Shown: piece after piece, positions 51,941 through 60,162 of the stretch
How positions within the stretch are numbered: the stretch's first letter is position 1
Layout of the letters: each line of letters starts with the position of its first letter
Source of the DNA: Candidatus Hadarchaeales archaeon
Lineage (GTDB): Archaea > Hadarchaeota > Hadarchaeia > Hadarchaeales > WYZ-LMO6
NCBI GenBank assembly: GCA_038851755.1
Contig: JAWCKR010000001.1
Location: 71,139-135,138, forward strand
Direction of reading: 5' to 3'
Length of the DNA stretch: 64,000 nt
Made by a program: the position numbers and the translations under genes
The notes under the pieces: generated by a model
Told to the model about the DNA's origin: nothing
What the model saw: the letters and a program-made list of their open reading frames with translations, nothing else
Databases searched by the model: none

Positions 51941-52186
51941 TCAGCCCCCCGTCACGCGGGGGACCAGCAGGAGTTCCACCTCAACGGCGCCCCTTCCGCT
52001 CTCCTCCTTCACGGCGCTCTCCACGGCTTCGAGGTCTTCCCCCAGCAGTCGCGTTCCCTCCCCGGTCCTGATGGCCACCTGGTATCCCTCCTCCAGCTCG
52101 GGCTGCAAACGGTCCTGGAGTTCCTGCTCGGCGCAGACCAGACAGGTGTCTCCCGAGGCCCCCAATTTCCTGATCACCACCTTCAT
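51941..52186 (-). CDS. Small ubiquitin-like (SAMP/beta-grasp-like) protein with C-terminal Gly-Gly, 81 aa
   Basis: Own ATG preceded by perfect SD GGAGGTGA; MKVVIRKLGASGDT...EVELLLVPRVTGG-stop. Confidence 0.75.
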   Translation of the reverse strand: MKVVIRKLGASGDTCLVCAEQELQDRLQPELEEGYQVAIRTGEGTRLLGEDLEAVESAVKEESGRGAVEVELLLVPRVTGG

Positions 52187-52269
52187 CCTTTCCTCACCTC
52201 CTTTTTTGTTAGAAGGAACCTCGGCTCCGGTATTAAGCGATGGAAAAAGAGAGTTATCCCTGTAAAAAA

Positions 52270-52600
52270 AGTTCACCTCCCGGTCCGAGCGCCCCCGGTT
52301 GAACCTCAGGGACCTGGAGAACTCGCGGAACTCTCTGGTCTGGTGATAGATCTCCTCCCCCTTTGCGGTGACCTGGTACCTGCGCGGATAACCCGGGACG
52401 ACCTCCACCCACCCCCTCTCGACCATGAGTTCCAGGATCTGGCGCATCCTGTCCCTGCGCTGGCGGCTCTTCACCCCGTGGTTCATCAGCTGGTAGAGGG
52501 TGAAGGGGCCCTTCTCCTTCATGAGGATCATGTACTCCAGAACCTCCAGGGCGATGCACTCGGCCGGAAGGTACTTGACTCTCTTCTTTCCTCCTTCCAT
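52270..52600 (-). CDS. Winged helix-turn-helix protein (frame continues into the ubiquitin-like gene; 3' end approximate)
   Basis: RMRQILELMVERGWVE...RRYQVTAKGEE is a typical wHTH wing motif. Confidence 0.7.
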
Positions 52601-52706
52601 GGGGTCCCCGTCCTACCCTTGGTGTCCCCATCTTAAATACGTTTCGGTAATCCCTAATCGTAAGGAATTCCCTAAACTTTTTAAGGCGGAAAATGGAAGA
52701 TGGAAA

Positions 52707-53300
52707 GTGCCGGAGATAGGTCCCTTCGCCAGCGTGGGGGTCTCGAACGTCTTCTTCAGGATGGTGCTTGGGGAGACCACGCCCAAGGCGATAGCGGAGG
52801 CCCTGGGGACCAAGCCGTCGACCGTGGTGGAGCACCTGCGCAGGCTCCAGGAGATGGGGGTGGTGAGGCTGGGGGAGAAGGAGGGGAAGTACCAGCACTA
52901 CGAGATCGACTGGGGGAGGTTCGCCAGGGCCTTCCTGAGGCACTCCTACACCCTTTCCCTGCTGCAGGAGGGGGGGAGGACCGAGGAGCTGGAGGAGATG
53001 AAAGGGGTGGCCGAGGAGCTGGGCAGGATGGAGGAGTTCAGGGAGCTCCTGCGCCTTTACTTCCGGGAGCTGGTGGGGAACATGGAAGGGGGGAGGTACC
53101 CCAGGCGCACCATCTGGGGGGCCATCTACGGGTTCGAGGACTCCCTGGAGATCCTCCCCTCTCTGAAGGGAAGACTGGGCGAGAGAGGGGGGAAGCTGGC
53201 GGCCCTGCTGGAGAGGTGGGAAAGGTGCGCCAGGGAGTTCAGGTCGAAGGGGCCTGCCTGTGCCCTGGAAAGGGCGATGCTCGGGCTTGAGAAGCCCTGA
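52707..53300 (+). CDS. ArsR-like winged-HTH transcriptional regulator
   Basis: TPKAIAEALGTKPSTVVEHLRRLQEMGVV...KEGKYQHYEID; GTG start inferred. Confidence 0.8.
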   Translation: MPEIGPFASVGVSNVFFRMVLGETTPKAIAEALGTKPSTVVEHLRRLQEMGVVRLGEKEGKYQHYEIDWGRFARAFLRHSYTLSLLQEGGRTEELEEMKGVAEELGRMEEFRELLRLYFRELVGNMEGGRYPRRTIWGAIYGFEDSLEILPSLKGRLGERGGKLAALLERWERCAREFRSKGPACALERAMLGLEKP

Positions 53301-54699
53301 GGGCGGGAAGACCGGGGGCTGGGGTCACCCACATCCTCCTTCCGCCCAGCAGCTCCTCCACCTCGTCCCCCAGGAGATACTCCCTCTCCCACAGGGCCTT
53401 CGCCACCTCCTCCAGCTTCCCCCTGCCCAGCCCCTCCAGGATCTCCCTAGTCTTGGCCAGGCAGGCCTCCCTGAGTTCCTTCGCTCGGGCGTAGATCTCC
53501 TCCCTCTCCGCCTCTGGGGTGGGCTTGAGGGCACCGAACGTGCCGCTCAGCTCCTCCAGCAAGGGAGTATCGTAGTTGGTGCACGCCCCCCGCTCCATGA
53601 AGTACTCGAGCGAGATCTCTGTGGCCTCGGCCGTGTCCTTGGGCTCGTCGAGGGTGGGGCTTCCCAGCACCATCTCCTCCGCCGCCTTCCCCGCCAGGAG
53701 GGTGCAGATCCTCTTCTCGTACACTTCCAGGCTGTGGGGGCCGGGACCCCAGCAGGGCAGGGTGCACCCCTTCCTGTAGTTCCTGGCAGGCACCACCACC
53801 AGCCTCAGGCCCACGCCCAGCCCCCGGGCCACGGCCGCGTGACCGGCCTCGTGGACGCAGGTGGCCCACCTCTCCCCCTCGCTCTTCCAGCTGCCCTCGG
53901 GTGCGCCCATGAGCTCCCTGACGAGGGCCGAGACCAGGTGCCTGGTCTCCACCTCCTTGCTCCCCGCCAGGGTGGCCTGCAGATGGGCCTCCTCCACCAT
54001 CTCCTCTATGGCCGAGGGCCTGAGCTCGGGGAGGGCGCCCGCCAGCCTCTCCACCTCCACCCCCGCGGTGGGCTTTTTGGAGAGGTAGTACTCGAAGATC
54101 TCCCTCCTCCCCGCCTCGTCCAGGGTGAACTCCACGATTCTGGAGAGCCTCCCCGCCCTGGTGAGGGCCTCGGGCAGGAGGGAAAGGGAGTTGGTGCAGG
54201 CGACCACGAAAACACCCTGCGGTCTCCCCCTGATCCCGTCCAGCTCGGAGAGGAAGGCCGTGTAGGCGGGGGAAGCCACGAACACGTTCTTCTCCTCCTT
54301 CTCCCTGTTCAGGAGGGAGAGGAGCTCCTCGAAGTGCAGGAGGACCACCTCCCCCTTCTTCTCGTAGTGATCCCTGGCGAGGGAGAAGAGCGAAACGACG
54401 TCCTCCGTGGTCCACCCGTCCCCCTCCCTGGGGAAGCGTGTCCCGTCCACCAGCCTCGCCCCGCTTTCGGTGGCCAGGATCCTGGCCGAGAGGGTCTTTC
54501 CCATCCCGGGCGGGCCGCTGAAGATCACGCCGCCGGGAAGCCTGTACCCTCCCTCCCAGAGCTCCCTGTACCTGCGGAGGAGGGAGATGAGCTCCGAAAG
54601 CTCCTTGGAGACGTGGGGCATGCCCCTGAGCTGCTCCAGGCGGGCGGGCTTGAAGTCCCCCTCCTCGAAGTACCTCCTCCTGCTCTCCTCCAGGGTCAT
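53239..54699 (-). CDS. Soluble FtsH-like AAA+ ATPase with M41 Zn-peptidase domain
   Basis: Walker A GPPGMGKT, variant Walker B LLHFEE, LSELDG, ACTN, ALTRAGRL, HEAGH, LLAGKAAEEM, downstream Asp ligand; no TM segment. Confidence 0.85.
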   Translation of the reverse strand: MTLEESRRRYFEEGDFKPARLEQLRGMPHVSKELSELISLLRRYRELWEGGYRLPGGVIFSGPPGMGKTLSARILATESGARLVDGTRFPREGDGWTTEDVVSLFSLARDHYEKKGEVVLLHFEELLSLLNREKEEKNVFVASPAYTAFLSELDGIRGRPQGVFVVACTNSLSLLPEALTRAGRLSRIVEFTLDEAGRREIFEYYLSKKPTAGVEVERLAGALPELRPSAIEEMVEEAHLQATLAGSKEVETRHLVSALVRELMGAPEGSWKSEGERWATCVHEAGHAAVARGLGVGLRLVVVPARNYRKGCTLPCWGPGPHSLEVYEKRICTLLAGKAAEEMVLGSPTLDEPKDTAEATEISLEYFMERGACTNYDTPLLEELSGTFGALKPTPEAEREEIYARAKELREACLAKTREILEGLGRGKLEEVAKALWEREYLLGDEVEELLGGRRMWVTPAPGLPALRASQARASPFPGHRQAPST

Positions 54700-54814
54700 C
54701 GAAGGGTGGGAGGGAACCCGAGGGTTTTAAGGTTGGAGGAAAAGTTTTCCGCCCCGTCGCCGGGGCCCCCAGGGCGACCGGAGGGCGGGGAAAGCGTTTA
54801 TTCCCCAGCCACCA

Positions 54815-54828
54815 GATATCCGGATATC
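54815..54828. promoter_or_regulatory. Perfect 14-bp palindrome GATATCCGGATATC, candidate operator
   Basis: Self-complementary; ends 3 nt before the ATG at 54832. Confidence 0.45.
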
Positions 54829-54831
54829 CCC

Positions 54832-55332
54832 ATGGTCCAAGAAGACCTCACCAGGAAGGTGCCTGGGTGGAGCGATGCGCCCGTCCCCATCTGCCACGGG
54901 GGGGACCTCAGGGCCCTGACCTTCTGCTGCCACCCCGACTACCCCCTCACCTTCTCCGCCGTCTGCCTCAGGGAGAGGGCCCTGAAAGAGGCGGGACTAC
55001 CCTCCCGTAAGTACGTGGAGATCAAGGACTGGTTCTCCGAACAGGTGGGCTGGGACTCCCCGGACGTTTGCTTCGGCTCCCTCTCCTACTGCTGCATGAG
55101 GAGGAGGGGATGCCCCGGGGAGAGGGATCGCGTCCTCGCGAGGCTCTACGGCGAAGACTTCGAGAAGGCCCTGGAGGAGTACTTCCTGAGGAAGAGGGTC
55201 CTGGCCGTGCACCTCCTCCGGAGGGCCTCCAACCAGGGCGCCGTGAGGGGGCTGGTGGAAGAGGAGACCAGGACCATCTCGCGGACCGAAAGAGAGGATC
55301 TGATCTCCCTCCTCCGCCTGAAACCCCCCTAA
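54832..55332 (+). CDS. Cys-rich protein resembling the methanogenesis marker 9 C-terminal domain
   Basis: WSDAP.PICHGGDLRALTFCC, CFGSLSYCC...CP..RD; real gene at the 3' end of a long shadow ORF. Confidence 0.75.
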   Translation: MVQEDLTRKVPGWSDAPVPICHGGDLRALTFCCHPDYPLTFSAVCLRERALKEAGLPSRKYVEIKDWFSEQVGWDSPDVCFGSLSYCCMRRRGCPGERDRVLARLYGEDFEKALEEYFLRKRVLAVHLLRRASNQGAVRGLVEEETRTISRTEREDLISLLRLKPP

Positions 55333-55404
55333 CCCCCTCGGCCGCTTCCCAGGCAAAAGTTTTTACCCATCCTTTATCCCCGTCGAGCGCCAGGGTTTCA
55401 CCGA

Positions 55405-55554
55405 ATGAAAGAAGCCTTTGCCGCCTTCCTCACCGCCTCAACCCTGGCGGTGGTCACCACCGTGTTCTGGCCCGAGTGCACGCTCCTGTGGGCCGTTCCG
55501 GCGGCGGTGATGCTGGGGATAGTAGCGGTCTCGAGGAAGCCGGGAAGAAGGTAA
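55405..55554 (+). CDS. Putative 49-aa two-helix membrane microprotein
   Basis: MKEAFAAFLTASTLAVVTTVFWPECTLLWAVPAAVMLGIVAVSRKPGRR; below the ORF-track cutoff. Confidence 0.5.
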   Translation: MKEAFAAFLTASTLAVVTTVFWPECTLLWAVPAAVMLGIVAVSRKPGRR

Positions 55555-55650
55555 GCGGGGAACCGGGTCAGGCGGGCCTGGCTGGACCCGTCAGCTCAGC
55601 CCGGGGCACGGTCCCCGGGTGATCCCTTTACCCGGTCCGGGGAAAGGAGA

Positions 55651-56508
55651 GTGATGGAGCTCCTGAGGGACTTCGACCCCTGGAGGGATCCCCTCTGCAC
55701 CTGCCCGCCCAAGCTCTCCCTCAATCCATACACGGGCTGTCCCCACGCCTGCCTGTACTGCTACATCACCTCCTACATCCCGCGCGGGTTCGAGTGCCGG
55801 CCCAAGAAGGACCTCCTGCGCAGGCTGGAGAGGGAGGTGGAGAAGCTGACGGGAAGGCCTCTGATCTCCATGTGCAACAGCAGCGACCCCTACCCCCCTG
55901 CGGAAAGGGAGCTCCTGCTCACCAGGGAGTGCCTGGAGAGGCTGGTGGGAAGGGCAAGGGTGCTCGTGGTGACCAAGTCCGACCTGGTGGTGAGGGACCT
56001 GGACCTCCTCTCCCGCCTGCCCTGCGCCGTGAGCGTGACCCTCACCACCCTCAGGCCCGGGCTTGCCCGCAGGCTGGAGCCGGGCGCCCCTCCCCCGGAG
56101 AGGAGGCTGAAAGCCCTGAGGGAGCTGTCCGATGCCGGCGTGCCCGTGAGCGTGAGGCTCGACCCCGTGATCCCCGGTCTGAACGAGGAGGAGATCGAGA
56201 GCCTCGTGGAGGCCGCGGCCTCCTCCGGTGCAAAGCACCTCACCTCCTCCACCTTCAAGCCCAGGGGGGACAGCTGGGAGAGGATGAGAAGGGGGTTCCC
56301 CGGGCTCTTCCCGCGCCTCAGGGAGCTCTACCTGGGAGGGGAGAGGAGGAAGAGGAGCCTCTACCTCCCGGGCGAAATGAGGAGGGAACTCATGGAGAGG
56401 GTGAGGGAGGCCTGCCTTTCCCTCGGTCTGACCTTTTCCACCTGTAGGGAGGGCTTTCCTGAACTCCACACTTCTGAGAGTTGCGACGGGAGCCACTTAA
56501 TAAAATGA
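55651..56508 (+). CDS. Radical SAM protein, spore-photoproduct-lyase-like family
   Basis: FDPWR.PLCTCP.K.SLNPYTGCPHACLYCY, SSDPYP, TKS, LEPGAP, CDGSHL. Confidence 0.87.
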   Translation: MMELLRDFDPWRDPLCTCPPKLSLNPYTGCPHACLYCYITSYIPRGFECRPKKDLLRRLEREVEKLTGRPLISMCNSSDPYPPAERELLLTRECLERLVGRARVLVVTKSDLVVRDLDLLSRLPCAVSVTLTTLRPGLARRLEPGAPPPERRLKALRELSDAGVPVSVRLDPVIPGLNEEEIESLVEAAASSGAKHLTSSTFKPRGDSWERMRRGFPGLFPRLRELYLGGERRKRSLYLPGEMRRELMERVREACLSLGLTFSTCREGFPELHTSESCDGSHLIK

Positions 56509-56509
56509 T

Positions 56510-57182
56510 TCAATCCGTTTCTGGGAGGAGACATACTGCCGCCCCTATGGCCAGACTGGCGGAAACCCTAACGTCCAATTTCCTCAGCTTCGGGAGGAGC
56601 CCTTCCTCACATATGAACCTGACGGAATCGAGATAGAGCAGGAACTCCTTTCCTTCCCCTCGATTCTCCAATACCTCTTCACGTCCTTCCTTATCCTCTC
56701 CGCACGCTCCTTCAGTATCTCCTCCGGCTTCTGGGTCCAAAGTTTCTCCGCGCTTTCCACGCTCCAGTGGAAGTCCAAAACCGTATAATCAGCGATCCTC
56801 AAGTGGAGCTCTCCCTGTCCGTGAGCTTCCTGGAAACCCTCACGCTCCCCACCTCCAGGGGTCTGAGGGATTCGACGGAATCCCCATCCAAAACGAAGAG
56901 GGGACTCACGTAGGTGGAGGAGAGCACGACCACCTCGGCAACACCTTCACCGAGTCTCCTACCCAAGAGTTTGGTAAGTTTGATGAGCTCTCCGTCGGGA
57001 TAGACGAGCTCTACGAAGGGCTTCTTCATCTCCATCTTTCCGGAGAGGGAAGGGATGACCCCCAAGTTCCTGTACTTGAAACGCTCGGTCAGCCAACGGA
57101 TGCGCTCCAGGGCTTTTTCGGAATTGGAGAAGAGGAGGACCCCTCTCAGGTTCTTGACGGTGACCGCATACTTGGCAAGCAT
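56510..57182 (-). pseudogene. Hypothetical gene split by two frameshifts
   Basis: Three abutting or overlapping ORFs join into one plausible protein (...KLTDRE/LHLRIADYT...YWRI/GEGKEFLLYLD...). Confidence 0.6.
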
Positions 57183-57221
57183 CCGCTTTCTATTTTGTTC
57201 CAGAAAAAAATTTAGCTGAAG

Positions 57222-57917
57222 ATGGAGGAGAAGGAAAAAATCCGCCGGAGGATCTGGAAACTCCTCGAGGAGAAGGGTGTAGCCACCTTCCCGAAACCCA
57301 TCGTGGGGAGGATTCCCAACTTCTTGGGAAGCGAAAGGGCTGCCGAGCTCCTCCGCTCCTCCGAAATCTATTCCAGGGCAGAGGTGGTCTTCGTGAGTCC
57401 CGACTCACCCCAGCTTCCCGTCAGGAGGATGGTTTTGGAGGATGGGAAGAAGCTGATAATGGCCTCCCCGAGGCTCAAGGGGGGCTTCTTGGAAATCGAA
57501 GGGAATCCATCGAAGGCCACCCTTTCCCGGGCGATGGAGTGGGGGAAGGAGGTGATGCCCTGGGACCTAAAAATAGATTTGATGGTGGAAGGATCCGTGG
57601 CCGTTGACCCTTTCGGGGGAAGGGTGGGGAAGGGAGGGGGCTTCGGGGATCTCGAATTCGCCATCCTGCTGGAGACCGGGGCCATAGGAAAGGAAACACC
57701 CATCGCCACCACGGTTCATGAGTTCCAGATAGTCGAAAACGTGCCCATGGAATCCCACGATGTGCCCGTGGATTGGATCTTCACCCCAAAGCGTCTCCTC
57801 GAGGTAAAGGTGAAACGCCCAAAACCCAAGGGAATCCTCTGGGAACTCCTCGAGCCTTCCAGGATGAGGGAAATCCCCATCCTTTCCGCCCTGAAGGAGA
57901 GGAGGGAGATGGGTTGA
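57222..57917 (+). CDS. 5-formyltetrahydrofolate cyclo-ligase family protein
   Basis: GRIPNF.G, SPDSPQ, GSVAVD..GGRVGKGGGFGDLE, TTVHE.Q, HDVPVD.I.TP. Confidence 0.88.
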   Translation: MEEKEKIRRRIWKLLEEKGVATFPKPIVGRIPNFLGSERAAELLRSSEIYSRAEVVFVSPDSPQLPVRRMVLEDGKKLIMASPRLKGGFLEIEGNPSKATLSRAMEWGKEVMPWDLKIDLMVEGSVAVDPFGGRVGKGGGFGDLEFAILLETGAIGKETPIATTVHEFQIVENVPMESHDVPVDWIFTPKRLLEVKVKRPKPKGILWELLEPSRMREIPILSALKERREMG

Positions 57918-58169
57918 ACTCTCATCAAATGGAGAGTTCTCCCCGCGTGCCCAACCATTTTCACGAAACTAAGCTATCCCCGCAAACCCTATTTTTAAAG
58001 TCCTAGGGTACTGCGCGATTCTTAGAAGCAACTTTCACGCTAGATTTTCTGAGTATTCTTTATTGTTAAATCGATAGGTGGTTTGAGGGGATATTTTATC
58101 AAGGAAGGAGTTGCTCTAATTGTTCATACAACCATCGCATACCTCAGACATCCTCACCATCTCTCAAAC

Positions 58170-58808
58170 TTAAAAACTCTGGATTAGCCTTTCTACATCT
58201 TCTCCCCTATGGTAGTTACTTCCACTTCCAAACCCAGAGTAATCGTGCGCTATGTAGGCCACACCCAGTCTTCGAATCTCACTTTGAAACGGCTGTACAG
58301 CTTCCGAATAATCTAAAGAAAGGAAGTCGTGAACCACTCTGATTCTGCTCGTTATTATGTAATCAATTAGAATATCGCATAAGCGATGCTTTTTCCACCA
58401 AGTTTTTAATTGCTTTCCTTCGATTTTATCCTTCATTGCCCTATTGTAGAACCTTATAAATTCATCGTGCCTAACCACGCCATAAAAGGCGGAAATAACC
58501 AACAAGCTTAAGTTTTGAGAAGTATTGAGCTTCTCCCAAGAATCTCTGGATATTCTACAGTAAAGTTTTCCCTTATACCTTTCATACGCCCTCATAAACT
58601 CTATCTGAGTTTCAGACTCTTCGACTCCTACGTCAGATCCAAACCTATCTCCAAAGGCAACTGCAACATATTTCCTTAACTCCATTAACCTTCTCCCTGC
58701 TTCTGGACTTAAGTAGTTTACAATACAACTTCCACGGTAGTACGTTGGAATTCCGCCACGATTCTTTGAACCACAACAAGGAATAAGGACCAATGTTTTT
58801 TCGTTCAT
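58170..58808 (-). CDS. YaaA/DUF6884-like protein
   Basis: LIPCCGSK, MRAYERYKGKLY, ISAFYGVV...I..YN..M. Confidence 0.7.
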   Translation of the reverse strand: MNEKTLVLIPCCGSKNRGGIPTYYRGSCIVNYLSPEAGRRLMELRKYVAVAFGDRFGSDVGVEESETQIEFMRAYERYKGKLYCRISRDSWEKLNTSQNLSLLVISAFYGVVRHDEFIRFYNRAMKDKIEGKQLKTWWKKHRLCDILIDYIITSRIRVVHDFLSLDYSEAVQPFQSEIRRLGVAYIAHDYSGFGSGSNYHRGEDVERLIQSF

Positions 58809-58992
58809 TTAACTGCACCTACGCCTGAAATTTTTGTGTCGCGGCTTTTTTAAAACTTCACTTTAATCATTATTATCGCATTCAGAATTTTTCCCTTATT
58901 TTGAGGAAGTAAAAAAATACTACCGCCTAGCCTTAGCCAGAGATTGCGCAGGTTTTTCTCCGGATAAAGATGTTGCAATCGCTTTTAAGCAC

Positions 58993-59270
58993 ATGTTCAT
59001 TAGCGTGCTTGAATTGCCTAAAGAAGAGATAGAAGAGCAGAATCCACACTCCGGGTGAAGAAGTCAGCGTTCCGATAGTCTATGCGAAGTACTTCGCTCC
59101 AGACTCTCATTGGGCTTGGTATGTTTTGGGGTTTGACGGGAAAGACACATTCTTCGGGTATGTAGAGGGCAATTACTCAGAGTTTGGCTATTTCGGCTTG
59201 TCGGAGCTAGAGAAGATTAGAGGCCCTCTAGGTCGAGGGACTTGTACTAGGAGCCGAAACCTTTGAGTGG
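58993..59270 (+). pseudogene. DUF2958-like remnant
   Basis: PIVYAKYFAPDSHWAWYVLGFDGKDTFFGYVEGNYSEFGYFGLSELEKIRGPLG, then frameshifted RDLY*EPKPLS. Confidence 0.7.
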
Positions 59271-59310
59271 GGCAGTAAAAAGAAATCATAATGTGTCAGG
59301 AGTAAAAAAA

Positions 59311-60162
59311 TCACTTCCTGCCTCTGCAGCTATCACATACTTCAGCAATTGGGCATTCATTACATCTTGGATTTCTTTCATGACAATACTCACGACCTAC
59401 AGTCCAGAATATTTGATCCAATTTTGCTGGCATATCTGGGAAAGCAAGTTTTGAAAAAGCAAGAATATCTTGGATATGGTTCGGAAGTTCCTCTTTCCAC
59501 TTTCCTTGGAACCTTCCGGTTATTCTGTTGAATACCTTAACGACATGAACGTCTATAGGCATGTCCAACAGCTTTTCGTCCACAACCCTAAAGTTAGGAA
59601 ACGTTGTTTTTATCTGGTCAAACCACGGATTACTCTGCGATAGATCTAGAGACCTGTAGATGAAGTCCCTGGTTATCATGTTAGCCTTTTTAGGACCGAT
59701 TCCGGGTATTCTCCTAAGCATAAAGTAGACTTAAAGAGACGAATATTCTCTGTTTTCAAACATTGTTATTGGTGTTTTCTTTTCTTGCTGGAACAAGCCA
59801 AGCGCTTCATGCAAAGCTCTTGAGGTCTTTTCCAAGTATTTCTGCTTATCTTCCGCGCTCATACCGCTCGGCCATTTCCCTTTCAGATACTCATTTAGGA
59901 GCTGCTCGAAATCCATGCTTAGCAACTTGGACAAATCACACGTCCTTAATTTATTATTCAACCATCCCGGGAAATCCCAAGCATCTTCAGACCTTATTTG
60001 TTCGTCGCATATAGTGCCAACTAATGGAGCAAACTCATTTTTGAAAATAAAGCTTCCAAAGGATGACCATGATCCTGAAGGAAACTTCTGAAATAGCTCG
60101 CGCAGCTTGTCGGCTTTCTTCTTTATCTCTTGAAAACTGAGGCTTTTTATACTTATGTCACA
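59311..60162 (-). pseudogene. HhH-GPD/endonuclease III-like DNA glycosylase with [4Fe-4S] motif, in-frame TAA at 59731-59733
   Basis: One continuous frame DISIKSLSF...YSSL*VYFMLRRIPGIGPKKANM...PIDVHV...GREYCHERNPRCNECPIAEVC; no clean start codon. Confidence 0.75.

Noticed and set aside
51941-52186. Ordinary ThiS/MoaD sulfur carrier
   Set aside because: Not excluded, but no moeB/thiF, moaE, tRNA-thiolation or AOR genes are adjacent and the GDT-type N-terminus is atypical, so a modifier role is favoured.
55555-55650. SRP RNA (minus strand contains GCCAGGCCCG)
   Set aside because: It lacks the following GAAGGGAGC helix-8 motif and the interval is too short.
50153-57920. Intact provirus or integrative element at tRNA-Pro
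   Set aside because: No duplicate of the tRNA-Pro 3' end (attR), intact integrase, capsid or replication gene was found by eye.
59731-59733. Recoded stop (Sec/Pyl) in the glycosylase
   Set aside because: The codon is TAA, not TGA/TAG, and neighbouring genes are also decayed.
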